In this document: positions 24,961 through 38,344 of the stretch, one piece after another
Position numbering within the stretch: the stretch's first letter is position 1
Layout of the letters: every line of letters starts with the position of its first letter
Made by a program: the position numbers and the translations under genes
Notes under the pieces: model-generated
What the model saw: only the letters and a program-made list of their open reading frames with translations
Databases searched by the model: none
Told to the model about the DNA's origin: nothing
Origin: Mustelus asterias
Lineage: Eukaryota
Direction: 5' to 3'
Assembly: GCF_964213995.1 (NCBI RefSeq)
Contig: NC_135830.1
Location: forward strand, 7,068,001 to 7,132,000
DNA length: 64,000 bases

Positions 24961-25734
24961 GTGTGGCTCATAGTTTCATGTGGGAGAAATGTGTTCGAAT
25001 TCATGGAATATTAGCACCAGTATTTGTGCAGGAAGGAGCTGTTGCATCGGTGCGGACTCAATCTGAATCATGCTGGCGAATAACTAGGGCTGTAAATAGG
25101 GTTTTAAACTAAATAGTGGGGTCAGGAGGAATCAGTGTTCAGTTCCATGTAATACTAAAAAATATCGAAGTTAAAGGAGAAGGTTGGAGTGAAGGTTAAC
25201 GATGAAACTGATTGTTACCAGAAAATAAAAGGAAGGGACAGAACGTGTGGACATCATAGGACACCAGGAAATCGTGCAAGAATAGGGAAATTTGATAACA
25301 GAACAAACTTAAAGGCTTTGTACCTCACTGCACGAAACTTTGGGAATAAAATTAATGAGTTAATTGTACAAATTTAGAGAAATGTGTATGAATTCATGGC
25401 GATTACTGAGACATGGTTGCAGGCAAAACAAGATTTGGGAATTGAATATCCAAGGGTACTCAATATTTCGGACGGATAGACAGAAACGAAATGAGATGCT
25501 GCAGTAATATTTAGGTCCCCAAACAGCCGTTTGGCAGTGAAGCATAGTATAAATGAGGAAATATTGGGGGCTTGTAAGAAAGGTACGTCAATAATCATGG
25601 ATGATTTTAATATGCATGTAGAGTGGATTTATCAAATTGGCAAGGGTCGCCTCGAGGGAAAGTTCATTGAATGTATTAGAGATTGCTTCTTGCAGAAATA
25701 TGTTGTGGAACCAACGAAAGAGCAGACCAATCTT

Positions 25735-26950
25735 GATTTTCCACCCAATGTGGTGGACAAGGCTCTCAACCGTGTCCCACACATCTCCCAGGCTACTGCT
25801 CTCACACTCTCTCCTCCCTCCCAAAACCAGGATAGGATCCGCTTTATACCCACTTTCCAGCTCACACGCCTCCGCATTAAAAGAATCATCCTCCGCCATT
25901 TCTGCCAACACCTGCATAATGTTACCTTTCAACCCAATTTGCCCTCAACCCCCCCCCCCCCCCCCCCCTGCCAGTATTTCACAGGGATCATTCCCTCTGG
26001 GGCACCCTTTTCCACTTCTTCATCACACCTAGCAACTCACCCACCGCCAGTGGCGCTTTTCCATGCTACCATAGAAAATGCTATACCTGCCCCTTCTTCA
26101 GCTCCCTCCTCAGCATCTTAGGCCCCAAAATCTCTTTCCCGGTGTAGGAGCGCTTCACGTGCACCTTCTTTAATCTCGTCTATGGCATTCGCTGCTCGCG
26201 ATGCTGCCTAATCTACATTGTAGAGAACAATGCAGAGTGATTTGCAGAATAATTCTGGTCTGTCCGCAAGCAGGACCCAGATCTTCCTGCAGCTTCGACA
26301 CACCACCCTGCTCTCCTATCCACACGTCTGTCCTTGCCCTCTTCCAATGTTCCAGTGAAGTCCAACGTAAAATGAAGGAACAGCACTTCATCTTCAGATT
26401 AGACAAATTACAGCCTTCTGGACTGAGGATTGAGTTCAACAATTTCAGAGCATGAACTCTCTACTCCACCTCCACGCCATCTTCTTTTCATCGCATTCGT
26501 CCATTTTTTATCATTTTCTACTTTTACTTCTATTCATCAACATCTAAAATATCGCTTTTCATTTTACTTCATCTACCCATCCCTCTCCCCATTCCACTAC
26601 GGACAACTGCCACATTCATAGACTGTGCACTTTCAGTTCTGCCATTTACACATTCCAATCTCTTAATGGACGCTCTTAGCAACATTCTCAGCCTTGATCA
26701 TCACCATTTACATTCCCTTTGTCGTTCTGTCTATGCTATTTGTTTCAATTATAGTTCCCCACCCCCAGAAAAAACCCACACTCACAGTATACATCTTGTC
26801 CAACTTTCCTTGTCTTCTGCTCTGAGGAAGGGTCACCCTGACTCGAAATATTGGTTCGATTCTCCCTCTACAGATGCTGTAAGATCTGCTGAGGGTTTTG
26901 CAGCATTTTCTGTGTTTCTTTCAGATCCCAGCATCAGCAGTATTTTTTTA
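25735..26950 (+). mobile_element. Penelope-like retroelement 3' fragment (GIY-YIG endonuclease remnant)
   Basis: FPPNVVDKAL...RIILRHF; KEQHFIFRLDKLQPSGLRIEFNNF C-terminus; interrupts CR1 at GAGCAGAC direct repeat. Confidence 0.7.
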
Positions 26951-28903
26951 TTATAGGGAGCAGACTATTCTGGATTTGGCATTGTGTAATCAGCAGGGAT
27001 TAAATAATGATCTAATAGTTAAGGATCCTCTAGCCAAGAGTGATCATAGTTAGATAGAATTCCAAATTCAGTTTGAGGACGAGAAACTCGAGTCCCACAC
27101 TAGACTTCTGCAGCTAAACACAGGGAACTACGAAGACATGAGGACAAAATTGGCCCGAGTGGACTGGGAAAGAAGACTAAAAGGCAGGACAGTTGATGAT
27201 CAGTGGCAAATGCTGAAGGGGACAATTAATTCCTCCCAACTAAAATACATTCCCATGAGGAATACAGACAGTAAGAGGGGGAGAAATATCCATGGCTCAG
27301 CAAGGAAACTAAAGATAGCATGAAAAGAAAAGCCAATGCATATCATATTGCAAAGGCCTGTGGCAGACTGGAGGATTGGGAAACTTGTAATGATCAACAA
27401 TGGGTTACTGAAAAGTAACAAAAAGATCCAAGGTAAATTATGAAAGAAAACACGCACAACATTTAAAGAAGTACTGCAAAAGCATCTTAAATATCTAAAA
27501 GTGAAGAGTGGAGCGAATGTGATTGTTGGACCCTTGGAGGATTCGACTAGGGAATTAATCGTGGGGGAAATAGAAATGGTGGAAACTCTCAATCAATAGC
27601 TTGCCTCAGTTATCACGCTGGGCAAATCGAGCACCATCGCAATAGCAACAGGAAATGCAGAGGTAATAGAAAGGAAGGAACTGAGAAAAATCATGATCAA
27701 TAGTGAAAAAGTGTTAAGCAAACAGTTGGGATTGAAGACAGTCAAGTCCCCAGGGCCGAATCGCCTACAGCTTATGGTCTTAAAGAAAGTGATAGTAGGC
27801 ACATTGGTTATAATCGTCCAAAATTTCCTGGATGTGGGAACGGTTCCAGTGGGTTGGAAAAAAGATAATATAATGCCCATATTCAAAGCGGGAAGGAGAC
27901 ATAAGGTATAAAACCAGACGCCAGCTAGTTTGACACCTGTCGTTCTAAAGTTATTAGAATCCATTTTTAAGATTGTAGTAACGGGACAATTAGAATGCCA
28001 AAATGCATTCCATTAGGGTCAGCATGGTTTTACGAAGGGCAAATCGTTTTGACTAATTTGCTAGAGTTCTTCGAAGATGTAACAAGCAAACTGGACACTG
28101 GGGATCCTGTAGATATGGTATATCTATACTTTCAGAGGGCATTTGTTAAGGTACCATACCTTGAAATGCAAGATAGTGTGTGTGTGCGTGCGTGCGTCCG
28201 AGTGTGTGTGTGAGTATGTATGTGAAATAAGAAGAGAGTCCAACAGAGGGAGATTGCTGGAAGTGTGTGTCTGTTTGAAATAAAGAGAGGGTCCAACAGA
28301 GGGAGATTGCTGGAAGTGAGAGACTCTGTGTGTATCTGTGTCTGTGTGCTTGTGTTTGGGTATGACTGCCTTCTTGCGAGTCTTGCCTTTTCGCTGCAAT
28401 TAATCTTTTACACCGTGCCTCTATTTAATGATCACAGCCGTGTTTCTGCAACGCCCTTCTGAAAAGATTTCAGAAGTAACTACTGTGTTCCAAAGCAAAG
28501 CAGGAGATTGCTGATGGAGAAATTCTTATTTCTTCCATTAGGTGGCAGGAAAGCCAACAAAATGTCCACCCCCCACCTCTTGGTGTCTCTGTTTCACTGT
28601 CCTCTATCACACTCTTATCTCTCAATTCCAATACCTGTATCAATGTGTTCGGTCTCACTTTCATTACAGTGGACACAGTGACAACGCAGTCTAAGACGCT
28701 GCTCCTAATTGTCGCATTCTCCATTGACTCCACTCTTGTTACAGATGTTTTGGTAATACATCGTGTACAAACAAGCTGGCTTCATAGTTCCTATTTCGGT
28801 GGAAGCCTAATAACTGCACTTCCTCTTCAGGCCTGTTCCTCACTATAAAGAAGCGAGTCAAGATATATTGTACTATTCTACCCATTGCAAATACAACTTG
28901 CAG

Positions 28904-28955
28904 ATGGATCACCCACGAGCGTTAAAAGCTTTCATTCTAGCAGCAATCATATCAG
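28904..28955 (+). CDS. Leader exon of divergent V segment
   Basis: MDHPRALKAFILAAIIS + G, gtgagt donor; TATAAA at 28844-28849; in phase with V exon at 29659. Confidence 0.7.
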
Positions 28956-29080
28956 GTGAGTTACACTTCACATTCTCATTGATTACCTCTCAAGAAAGCC
29001 TTTTATTCTTCCACATTTAATGTTGCTTTTAGAGAAAAAGTAGAGCAATATTCGCAGTGGTTGGATTTAATTAATTATTA

Positions 29081-29360
29081 GGGGCGGCATTTTGGCACAA
29101 TGTTTAGCACTGCTGCCTCACAGCGCCAGGGACCCGGATTCGATTACCGGCTTGGGTCACTGTGCAGAGTCTGCACGTTCCCCCCATGTCTGCGTGAGTT
29201 TCCTCGGGGTGCTATGTTTTCCTCCTGCAGTCCGAAACATGTGCTGATTAGGTGCATTGGCCGTGCTATTCTCTCCCTCAGTGTAATAGAACAGGCGCTG
29301 GAGCGTGGCGACAGTAACTTCATTGCAGTGTTAATGTAAGCCCACTTGTGACACTGATAA
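29081..29360 (+). mobile_element. tRNA-derived SINE in leader intron
   Basis: GGGCGGCA...TTAGCACTGCTGCCTCACAGCGCCAGGGACCCGGATTCGATT head shared with the other SINEs. Confidence 0.8.
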
Positions 29361-29658
29361 ATCAACTTAATTTAGTTATTCTCATTGATTTCCTTTCAAT
29401 AAATTATTTTATATTCTTATATTTAATGTTGATCTTTCGAGATAAGTACACAGCAATATTACTGGTGACTGAGTTTATTTAATGATTGGAATTTTACAAA
29501 TAGTTATTTAAAAGCTTCAGTAGTGAGAAAAGGCAGTGGGAACTGGGGCCAACCTCCATTGGGCACACCCCATCCTCCCCCTCCCCCGCAGCTCCCCAGT
29601 TTCAAATCGATAGAGTGCCTGGAACCTCCACTTAATTCTAATTTTCTCTGTCCTTCAG

Positions 29659-29978
29659 GTAGCCTGGCTGCATCCGCAGTCATCCACCAGCCGGAGGCAG
29701 AGGTGAGGGTCCAACAGGGAGCCACCACGACAATCACCTGCTCCTACACAGAGGTGGAGAGAGCTTGCTTGGTCTGGTACCGGGAACCTCTCCACCCAGC
29801 CATGGGGGGAAGTCCCGAGTATATTGTCGTCCGCTGCACCGATGGTTTCAGTGACAGCGCCACATTTTCCAGGCGTCGCTTTTCCTCCTCCCTGAGCAAA
29901 ACTTACAGAATCATCAGTCTGACAGTTGCACCGGTGACAGCTGAGGACTCCAGGAAATACTTCTGCATCTTAAACACA
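29659..29978 (+). CDS. Divergent V segment (TCR alpha/delta-like) with two extra cysteines and a weak 23-RSS
   Basis: ttcag acceptor; VIHQPEAEVRVQQGATTTITCSYTEVERACLVWYRE...PEYIVVRCTDG...AEDSRKYFCILN; CACACTC-23-ACGTAAACT at 29979-30017. Confidence 0.8.
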
Positions 29979-31702
29979 CACACTCGCACATTCCAGGCAG
30001 CAGCCTCTACGTAAACTGTAGGTTCCTCTCCCAGGCAATGGGAACGCTGGGCATGATTTGTAGCCCCATTGTCCAATGTCGGTGTTGTAGAATTGCAGCA
30101 TCAACACAGGGATGGACAGGCAGACAGATGTGAATTAGATTCTTAGACACATCAGCTGATTCAGTAACACACAAAACAGATATATGGCCACTAGACAGCT
30201 AGATAAATAGAGTGGTAAACACAGGAATTGATGCATTCACATACAAAGCAGATATATGGTCACTGGACAGTTAGGTAGATAGAGTTATAGACACGCGAAC
30301 TGATGAATTAAAGAAGACAAATATATGGTCACTGGACAGTTTAGTGGATAGTTTCATCGACAGATTGACTAACACACAAAGATATATGGACACCAGAGAG
30401 TTAGATAGATTAGCAGCCACATCAACTGCTGGACTAGCACGCAAAGTGGATGTATGGTTACCAGAGACTGATTTACAGGTGATGGACGGCTTGGGGTCAC
30501 AGTCTGTGCAGAGTTTGCACGTTCCTATCGTGTCTGCATGGGTTTCCTCGTGATGCTCCAGTTTACATCCACTGTCCAAAAGACATACTGGTTGGGTGCT
30601 TTGACCATGCTAACTTCTCCCTCAGTGTGCCCGGGACAGGTGCCGCAATGTGGCAACTAGGGGATTTTCATAGTAACTTCAGTGCAGTGTTAATGTAACC
30701 CTACTTGTGACACTAACAAATAAACTTTATGAATAAATAAGCAGGAAGGCACAGTGTGATCAGTTCTGAACAAGAGATGGGTACACGCTGACTTTTATAC
30801 ATGAAGAGAGACTTTGAAGGATGTGATTACACCAGAGAGGGTGCAGAGGAGGCTGACAAGGATGCTGCCTGGGCTGGAGCGTTTCAGCGATGAAGAGAGG
30901 CTGGTTAGTCTGGAGGTACTTTCCTTACAGCAGAGAAAATGAGGAGGGGGGTGGAACTGATTGAGGTGTACAAAATTAGGAGGGATATAGATATCGTGAA
31001 TAGGAAGGGACATTTCCCCTTCGTGGAGAGGTCAATAACAAGGCGACATGAATTTAAGGTAATGGTCAGCAGATTTAGAGTGGATTTGGGATCAAAACAC
31101 TTTCACCCAGTGGGTGGTGGGAATCCGGAACTGACTGCTTGAAAGGGTGGTACAGGCGGTAACCCCTCAACACATTTAGGAAGCATTCAGATGAGCATTT
31201 GAAACGCTATAGCATGCAAGGCTACGGACCAAGTGCTGGGAAATTGGACCATTGTCCATTTCCACTTGTGCTCACAGTCCAGCTGCAGCCAATGTGTTTG
31301 GGGTCTCTCACACCAGGACCAGAGCCTTTCTGATTTCACCAGGGCTAGTGCATTCGGTTGCACTTTGTCCCTTAGAATATTATTGTTCTAACTGAGTGAC
31401 ACTATTGCTAAGGAAAGGGGCGAATCTCGAGATGAATGAGACAGTAATCACAATTTGCTGCAAAAATGAACATTTGTGACATTGGAATTATTCAATATTT
31501 GGCCCTTGCTGCTTTAAGAAAAAGACACAATTATTATTGGCTCTAAAGAATGTGTTATCGGTTGCAAATTCTGGGTATGTTCTTGCAGAAACTGCTATTG
31601 TTGTGCAAAGGGACCTTGGTGTCCCAACACACCAATAACTGAAAGCAACTTGCAGCGACAGCAAGCAGTTTGAAATGCAGCTTGTTCCTCCTGTTCTTGA
31701 CC

Positions 31703-32497
31703 ATGAGGTTAACAATGTTACTCGGACTATTGGAGGGTTCCTTCTGCAGTGAGCTGCTTGACATTTCCCCAAATTCCTGCTGTGTGTGTTTGCAGAACCT
31801 CACCTTTCAATGGTGTGTTACAGGGGAAGGAATCATCATAGAATCCCTACAGTGAGAAGGAGGCTATTTCACCATTGAGTTTGCACCCAGGCCCACTCTG
31901 CCATGTCCCCGTAACCCCTGCTAATCACCTAATCGAGACATCTACCGATATTTAGGAACACGTTAGCATGATAAATCCACCTAGCGTGCATATCTTTGGA
32001 CTGTGGAAGGAAATTGGAGCATTCAAAGGAAACCCACGCAGGCACGGGGAGAACGTCTAAACTCCACACAGATAGTACTCAGGCCTGGAATAAAAACCAC
32101 TGTGCCACCGATCCGCCCATCACAATCATGGATGTCTCTTTGACTTTAACAGGTGTCCAGTCGGAAGTAGTTCTGACGCAGCCAGAGGCAGAGAAGTGGT
32201 TCCCAGTGTAGTCCCTGTCCCTGACCTGCAATACCAGCGGCTTCGACTTCAGTGGCTATTGGCTGTACTGGTACTGTCATGGTCCCTGAAAGAGGCCAGA
32301 CTGGCTAGTTTCCTACTATGATGAAGACTTCCATTGATACTGTGGGGAGACTCGAGGACGATTCACTGTTTCCAAAGAGCTTGCACACAATATATTTGCT
32401 TTGGATGTCAGGTTTCTGACGATGGAGGAAACAGCTGCTTATTAGAGTACACAGTTAACACAGTGAGGCGGGTCAGCCCCAGATTTGTAAAAAAAAC
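31703..32497 (+). pseudogene. VH-like pseudogene (leader 31703-31748, V 32153-32458, 23-RSS 32459-32497)
   Basis: VQSEVVLTQPEAEKWFPV*SLSLTCNTSGFDFSGYWLYWY...; four in-frame stops, second Cys lost; CACAGTG-23-AAAAAAAAC; SINE in leader intron. Confidence 0.88.
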
Positions 32498-34168
32498 CCA
32501 AACTAGAGGAACTGCACACAGTTTGTCCCCTTCATCAAACTCCAATAGATTCATTGCTGACAACAATTCATGGAACCATAGTGTTACTCTACCACACAGA
32601 ATAAGGCCATCCATCTAACGTACGGATAATATCACACCCGGACAGTCACTTCCTCATAAATCTCATGTGGTTTAAGTTTGCTAAGTGGAATGAAATTTTT
32701 GTAATATCACTCAAACTTTTCAAATCCTGACAGGGCTGGTCAGACTGGATTCAGGAATGTTGCTTCCTCTGGCTCCGGGGTTTGGGGAGGGGGGGGGGCG
32801 GTGGACGGGGGAGGGGGGTGGTGGTGGAGCGTCTAGAACAGAGTGTCAGCGTTTCAAAATATGTGACAGGTCATTTATGAGAAATGTCTTCACTCAGAAG
32901 CTGTGGAACTCTCCACCTCAGGAAGTTGCGGAGGCCAAGTATCTGAATATATTTAAAAATGAAATAGATAGATTTCTAGACTCTAAAGGTGTGAAGGGTT
33001 GTAGGGAGAAAGGAGTATTGCAATAGAAGATCAGCCATGATCATAATGAATGATGGAGCAGGCTCTAAGGGCCGAATGATCTATTCCCGCTCCTATTTTC
33101 TGTGATTCAATGCTAAAAAGTCGACCATGTGGTGCTTTAACAAGTACCATTGGAAAGTGTACAGCCGCAGCATGGAACATATTATCATGATCCAAGATAT
33201 TAGGCTTAATCGCCTATAAAAGCTACCCGGATCTGCACCGGATGTTCTCTAACCTCCAAGACGACGGACCAGATGCCACAATGCTACTGCGGCCCGTTGA
33301 CTGAATGAATGAAGCTCCAACAACACTCAAGAAGCTCGACACTATTTAGTACAAAGCAATTCAGTTGATGGCAACCAATTCCACAAATACACACATTGGC
33401 AGACGTGGCACAGTGGCAAACATTTAGACATGCAGGAACTCGCTAAGGCTCTTTCGGCAGCACTTTCCAAACCTACAAACACTGCCATCTAGGGGATAAG
33501 AGCAGCAGATACCTGGGACCACCACGACCTGGAGGTTCACCTCCAAATCACTCCCATCCAAACTGGGAAAGATTCTCCAGACTACACACGTAACTACAGA
33601 ATAATGGATTATTCTTTACACAGCTGGGATCTGGAATGCATTGTCTGGATGAAGATTCAACAACAAATTTCCTTGAGCATTGGATATATTGCTTGAATTG
33701 GAATATGAAGCGATCTGTGGAATGTACAGGGGAGATTATCGGTGTTGTTATGTCAGTGAATTGAATGGGCAGTTTGGACAGCATGTGACGGTCATGCTAA
33801 GAGCCTACCTTATTAAATCATTCTGCTAAAGCAACATGGAATCAGTCCCCTAATGAAAATAATGTTCCAGACGGTACTGTTAACGGAAACATGAGGAATA
33901 TGATTCAATTCGCCCTGAGTAACAATGAATCTTTGCAGCTTTATTTAACAATGCAAATTCGTTGGCGCCCATTCTGTATTGATATGGATATATTGTCACG
34001 TGTTGACAGTGTCTTCTATTCTAATTGGTGTCTTGTCAAAACCCTCCCCCTGCCCTTGTACAAACCGTTGTGACTAACGATCAGAAGTTAAAGATCGGCC
34101 CAGGGCTCTGTTCAGTGAATGACTGGAGGGAGTCCCGGGAGGAGGGTGTCTAAGTTAACACAAGCTCC

Positions 34169-34220
34169 ATGAGCATGGCGCTAGCAATATCTCTCGGTCT
34201 GTTTATTGGCTTCTTATCCT
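34169..34220 (+). CDS. Leader exon of VH-like segment
   Basis: MSMALAISLGLFIGFLS + T, gtgagt donor; completes to ...FLSCVQS, like shark IgM VH leaders. Confidence 0.85.
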
Positions 34221-34339
34221 GTGAGTAGTTGGATATTCTCAGAAAGCTCCCATAGTCTCTGTTTAACATTAATCATTCCCTGTGGCGTGACACAAACTGG
34301 ATTCACCTCACCATAATTATTGTTTCTTTCGGTTAGCAG

Positions 34340-34644
34340 GCGTCCAGTCGGATGTGGTGTTGATCCAGCCAGAGGCAGAGATAGGGATAGTCGGGCAAAC
34401 CCTGACCCTAACCTGTAAAACCAGTGGATTTGATCTTGGGAGATACACCATGCTTTGGTACCGACACAGTCTCGGGAAGGGACCGGGCTGGCTCCTTTGG
34501 TACTACAATGAAAATAGCAAGAATTACAATCCGGAGTTTGGTGAACGAATCACTGCAACCAAATACCTTTCCAACAGTGTATTCGTGCTCTCTATTAGGA
34601 CTTTAACAATGGGAGGCAGCTCTACGTATCACTGTGCACAACGG
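34340..34644 (+). CDS. Stand-alone IgH (IgM-like) V segment in the TCRdelta V region, open frame; 23-RSS at 34645-34683
   Basis: CVQSDVVLIQPEAEIGIVGQTLTLTCKTSGFDLGRYTMLWYRHSLGKGPGWLL...STYHCAQR; CACAGTG-23-ACAAAAATC; no own D/J/C seen downstream. Confidence 0.9.
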
Positions 34645-34919
34645 CACAGTGATATAGATCACACCCAGCCCTGTACAAAAATCCACAAGAGGAATTGCAG
34701 CCATTTCCCTGCTTTCATTTTCATTCTTTGGATGTCCACCCTTAATTTTCCTTGAATTAAATGGTTTGTTCGGCCATATCAAATGGTGTTTGAGAGTCAA
34801 TCGCATTGTTGTGTGGATATGCCGTCACAGGTAGGCCAGGTCATGTAAGGAAGGTAGATTTCTTTCCTTAAAGGGTATCCGTGAATCAGATCAGTCTTTA
34901 CAACAATCGACAATTGTTT

Positions 34920-37750
34920 CATAGAACATAGAACAGTACAGCACAGTAGAGGCCCTTTGGCCCTCGATGTGGTGCCGAGCTTTGTCCGAAACCAAGATCA
35001 AGCTATCCCACTCCCTATCATTCTGGTGTGCTCCATGTGCATATCAAATCACCCCTTGAAAGTTCCTAAAGTTTCCGACTCCACTATCACAGCAGACAGT
35101 CCATTCCACACCCCAACCACTCTCTGAGTAAAGAACCTACCTCGGACATCCCTCCTATATCTCCCACCGTGAACCTTATAGTTATGCCCCCCAGTAACAG
35201 CTACATCCACCCAAGGAAATAGTCTTTGACCGTCCACTCTATCTATCCCCCTCATCATCTGATCAACCTCTATTAATTCGCCTCTCATCCTCCTCCGCTC
35301 TAATGAGAAAAAGCCCTAGCTCCCTCAACCTTTCCTCATAATACCTACCCTCCAAACCAGGCAGCATCCTGGTAAATCTCCTGTGCACTCTCTCCAATGC
35401 TTCCACAACCTTCTTATAGTGAGGTGACCAGAACTGCATACAATATTCCAAATGAGGTCTCACCAAGGTCCTGTACAGTTGCAGCATAAGCCCATGGCTC
35501 TTAAACTCAAACCCACTGTTAATAAACGCTAACACACTATAGGCCTTCTTCACGGCTCTATCCACTTGAGTGGCAACCTTCAGAGATCTGTGGATATGAA
35601 CCCCAAGATCTCTCTGTTCCTCCACGTTCCTCAGAACCCTGCCGTTGACTCTGTACTCCGCATTCAAATTTGTCCTACCAAAATGAATCACCTCGCACTG
35701 ATTAGGGCTAAACTCCATCTGCCATTTTTCGGCCCAGCTCTGCTTTGCAGCCTACAACAGCCCTCCACCTCATCCACTACTCCACCAATCTTGGTGTCAT
35801 CAGCAAATTTACTGACCCCCTTTCAGCCCCCTCCTCCAAGTCATTGATAAAAATTACAAATAGCAGAGGACACAGCACTGAACGGCCTTCACGACACACG
35901 ACGGCGCAGAGTCGCTGAGCAGAAACTGATAGCCAAGTTCCGCACACATGAGGACGGCCTAAACCGGGATATTGGGTTCATATCACACTATCTGTAATCC
36001 CCACAGCTTGCCTGGACTCCCAATGTCTCACTAGCTGTCCTGTCTGGAGACAATACACATTTCTTTAACCTGTCTTAATGCTCTCTCCACTCACATTGTT
36101 TGTACCTTTAAGACATGATTAGCTGTAAGTATTCGCATTCCAACCATTATTCTGTAAATTGAGTTTGTGTCTTTATATGCCCTTTTGTGATTAGAATTCC
36201 CACTCACCTGAAGAAGGAGCTTAAGGCTCCGAAAGCCTGTGGCTTTTGCTACCAAATAAGCCTGTTGGACTTTGACCTGCTGTTGTTAAACTTCTTTCTA
36301 TGAGATAGCCAGTTACTTATCCAATTGGCCAAATTTCCCTCTATCCACACCTCCCTTACTTTCTTCATGAGCCGACCTTAGGGAGCCTTATCAAACGCCT
36401 TACGATAATCCATGTATACGACACCAACTGTTCTACCTTCATCTACATACTTAGTTGACTCCTCAAAGAATTCAATCAAATTTGTGAGGCAAGACGTACC
36501 CTTCACGGATCTGTGCTGACTATCCCGGATTAAGCGGCATCCTTCCAAATGGTCGTAAATCCTATCCCTCAGGACCTTTTCCATTAACTTACCAACCACC
36601 GAAGTAAGACTAACCGGTCTATAATTACCAGGGTCATTTCTATTCCCTTTCTTGAACAGAGGAACAACATTCGCCACTCTCCAGTCCTCTGGCACTATCC
36701 CCGTGGACAGTGAGAACCCAAAGATCAAAGCCAAACACTCTGCAATTTCATCCCTTCCTCCCAAAGAATCCTACGATATATCCCATCTGGCCCAGGGGAC
36801 TTATCGACCCTCAGGTTTTTCAAAATTGCGAATACATCTTCCCTCAGAACATCGACCTCCTCCAGCCTATCAGTCTGTATCGCACCCTCATCTTCAAAAA
36901 CATGGCCCCTCTCCGTGGTGAACACTGAAGAAAAGTATTCATTCATCACATCTCCTATTTCTTCTGACTCCATGCACAAGTTCCCACTACTATCCTTGAC
37001 CGGCCCTAACCTCACCTTGGTCATTCTTTTATTTCTTACATAAGAGTAAAAAGCCTTGGGGTTTTCCTTGATCCGACCCGCCAAGGACTTCTCATGCCCC
37101 CTCCTAGCTCTCCTAAGCCCTTTTTTAAACTCATTCCTTGCTACCTTGTAACCCTCAAGCGACCCAACTGAACCTTGTTTTCTCATCTTACATACGCTTC
37201 CTTTTTCCTCTTGACAAGACATTCAACCTCTTTTGTGAACCATGGTTCCCTCACTCGGCCATTTCCTCCCTGCCTGACAGGGACATACCTATCAAGGACA
37301 CGCAATATTTGTTCCTTGAACAAGCTCCAATTTTCATTTGTGCCTTTCCCTGACAGTTTCTGTACCCATCATATGCTCCCTAATTCTTGCCTAATCGCAT
37401 CATAATTACCCCTCCCCCAATTATAAACCTTGCCCTGCCGTATGGCCCTATCCCTCTCCATTGCAATAAGGAAATACACCGAATTGTGGTCACTATCTTC
37501 AAAGTGCTCTCCCACAAACAAATCTAATACTTGGCCCGGTTCATTACCCAGTACCAAGTCCAACATGGCCACACCTCTTGTCGGCCTATCCACATATTGT
37601 GTCAGGAAACCCTCCTGCACACTCGGTACAAAAACTGCCCCATCCGAACTATTCGACCTATAAAGGTTCCAATCAATATTTGGAAAGTTAAAGTCACCCA
37701 TGACAACTAACCTGTGACCTCCACACCTATCCATATTCTGCTTTGCAATG
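34920..37750 (-). mobile_element. CR1/HER1-like LINE ORF2 (5'-truncated, disrupted) with nested Penelope fragment ~35880-36298
   Basis: VVMGDFNFPNIDW, KSPGPDGI, NYRPVSLTSVVGKLME, LVRPHLEYC; (catagaa)n tail. Confidence 0.9.
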
Positions 37751-38344
37751 GTAGTCATTAGATTTTTGATTCCAGATTTTTACTTCATTCAAAGTTCAGT
37801 AACAATCTTTGTGGGATTCGAGTCCCCTTTGCACAGTAGTTATTCCATTGATCTATGTTCTTACGTGGAACACCACCCCCGACTGAACATCTGGAAAAGT
37901 GAAGAAGCACTAATTATGGAGAGGGGGGGGGGGGCGTTGAATCCAGTTCCACCAATTTCACCAGGGAGGGGGAACACCGAGATGGAGACTTTGCAAAACT
38001 TCTGAAACTGTCGAGTTTCTTACAGGATCTGAAAGCAGGAAACACATCCAAGAGATACCCTTGAAAATATTCTCCAGGAGCCTGTGTTGATTTAGACACA
38101 AACCAGATTCCTGGTCATTCACTGAACAAAGAACCGGGGAGTTTTCAGATGTTTTTACTCAGTTAAAAATACTGTCCCCAGCATAAATGCCAATCGGTGA
38201 CTGATACCCAGGATGATTTTTGGGTATGTTTTAATCAGATACGATTGTAGAGTTGTATCCATCACATTCCATTGAAACCACTGATTCGATTGAGAACAAT
38301 CCGAATGGTCTCACTGCCCCACTTACTCCACAAATCCTGTAGAT

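Larger units (their letters stand above)
23400..28160 (+). mobile_element. Decayed CR1-like LINE (ORF1 esterase and ORF2 EN/RT remnants) with nested LTR and Penelope inserts
   Basis: VVIGDRIVRGID-like esterase motif, AITETWL, KSPGPN, LTNLLEFFEDVT; many stops and frameshifts. Confidence 0.8.

Noticed and set aside
36204-36245. Additional hammerhead copy
   Set aside because: Core GAAAGCCT lacks the conserved U before the cleavage site; likely inactive (the copy near 4840-4870 is also degenerate)
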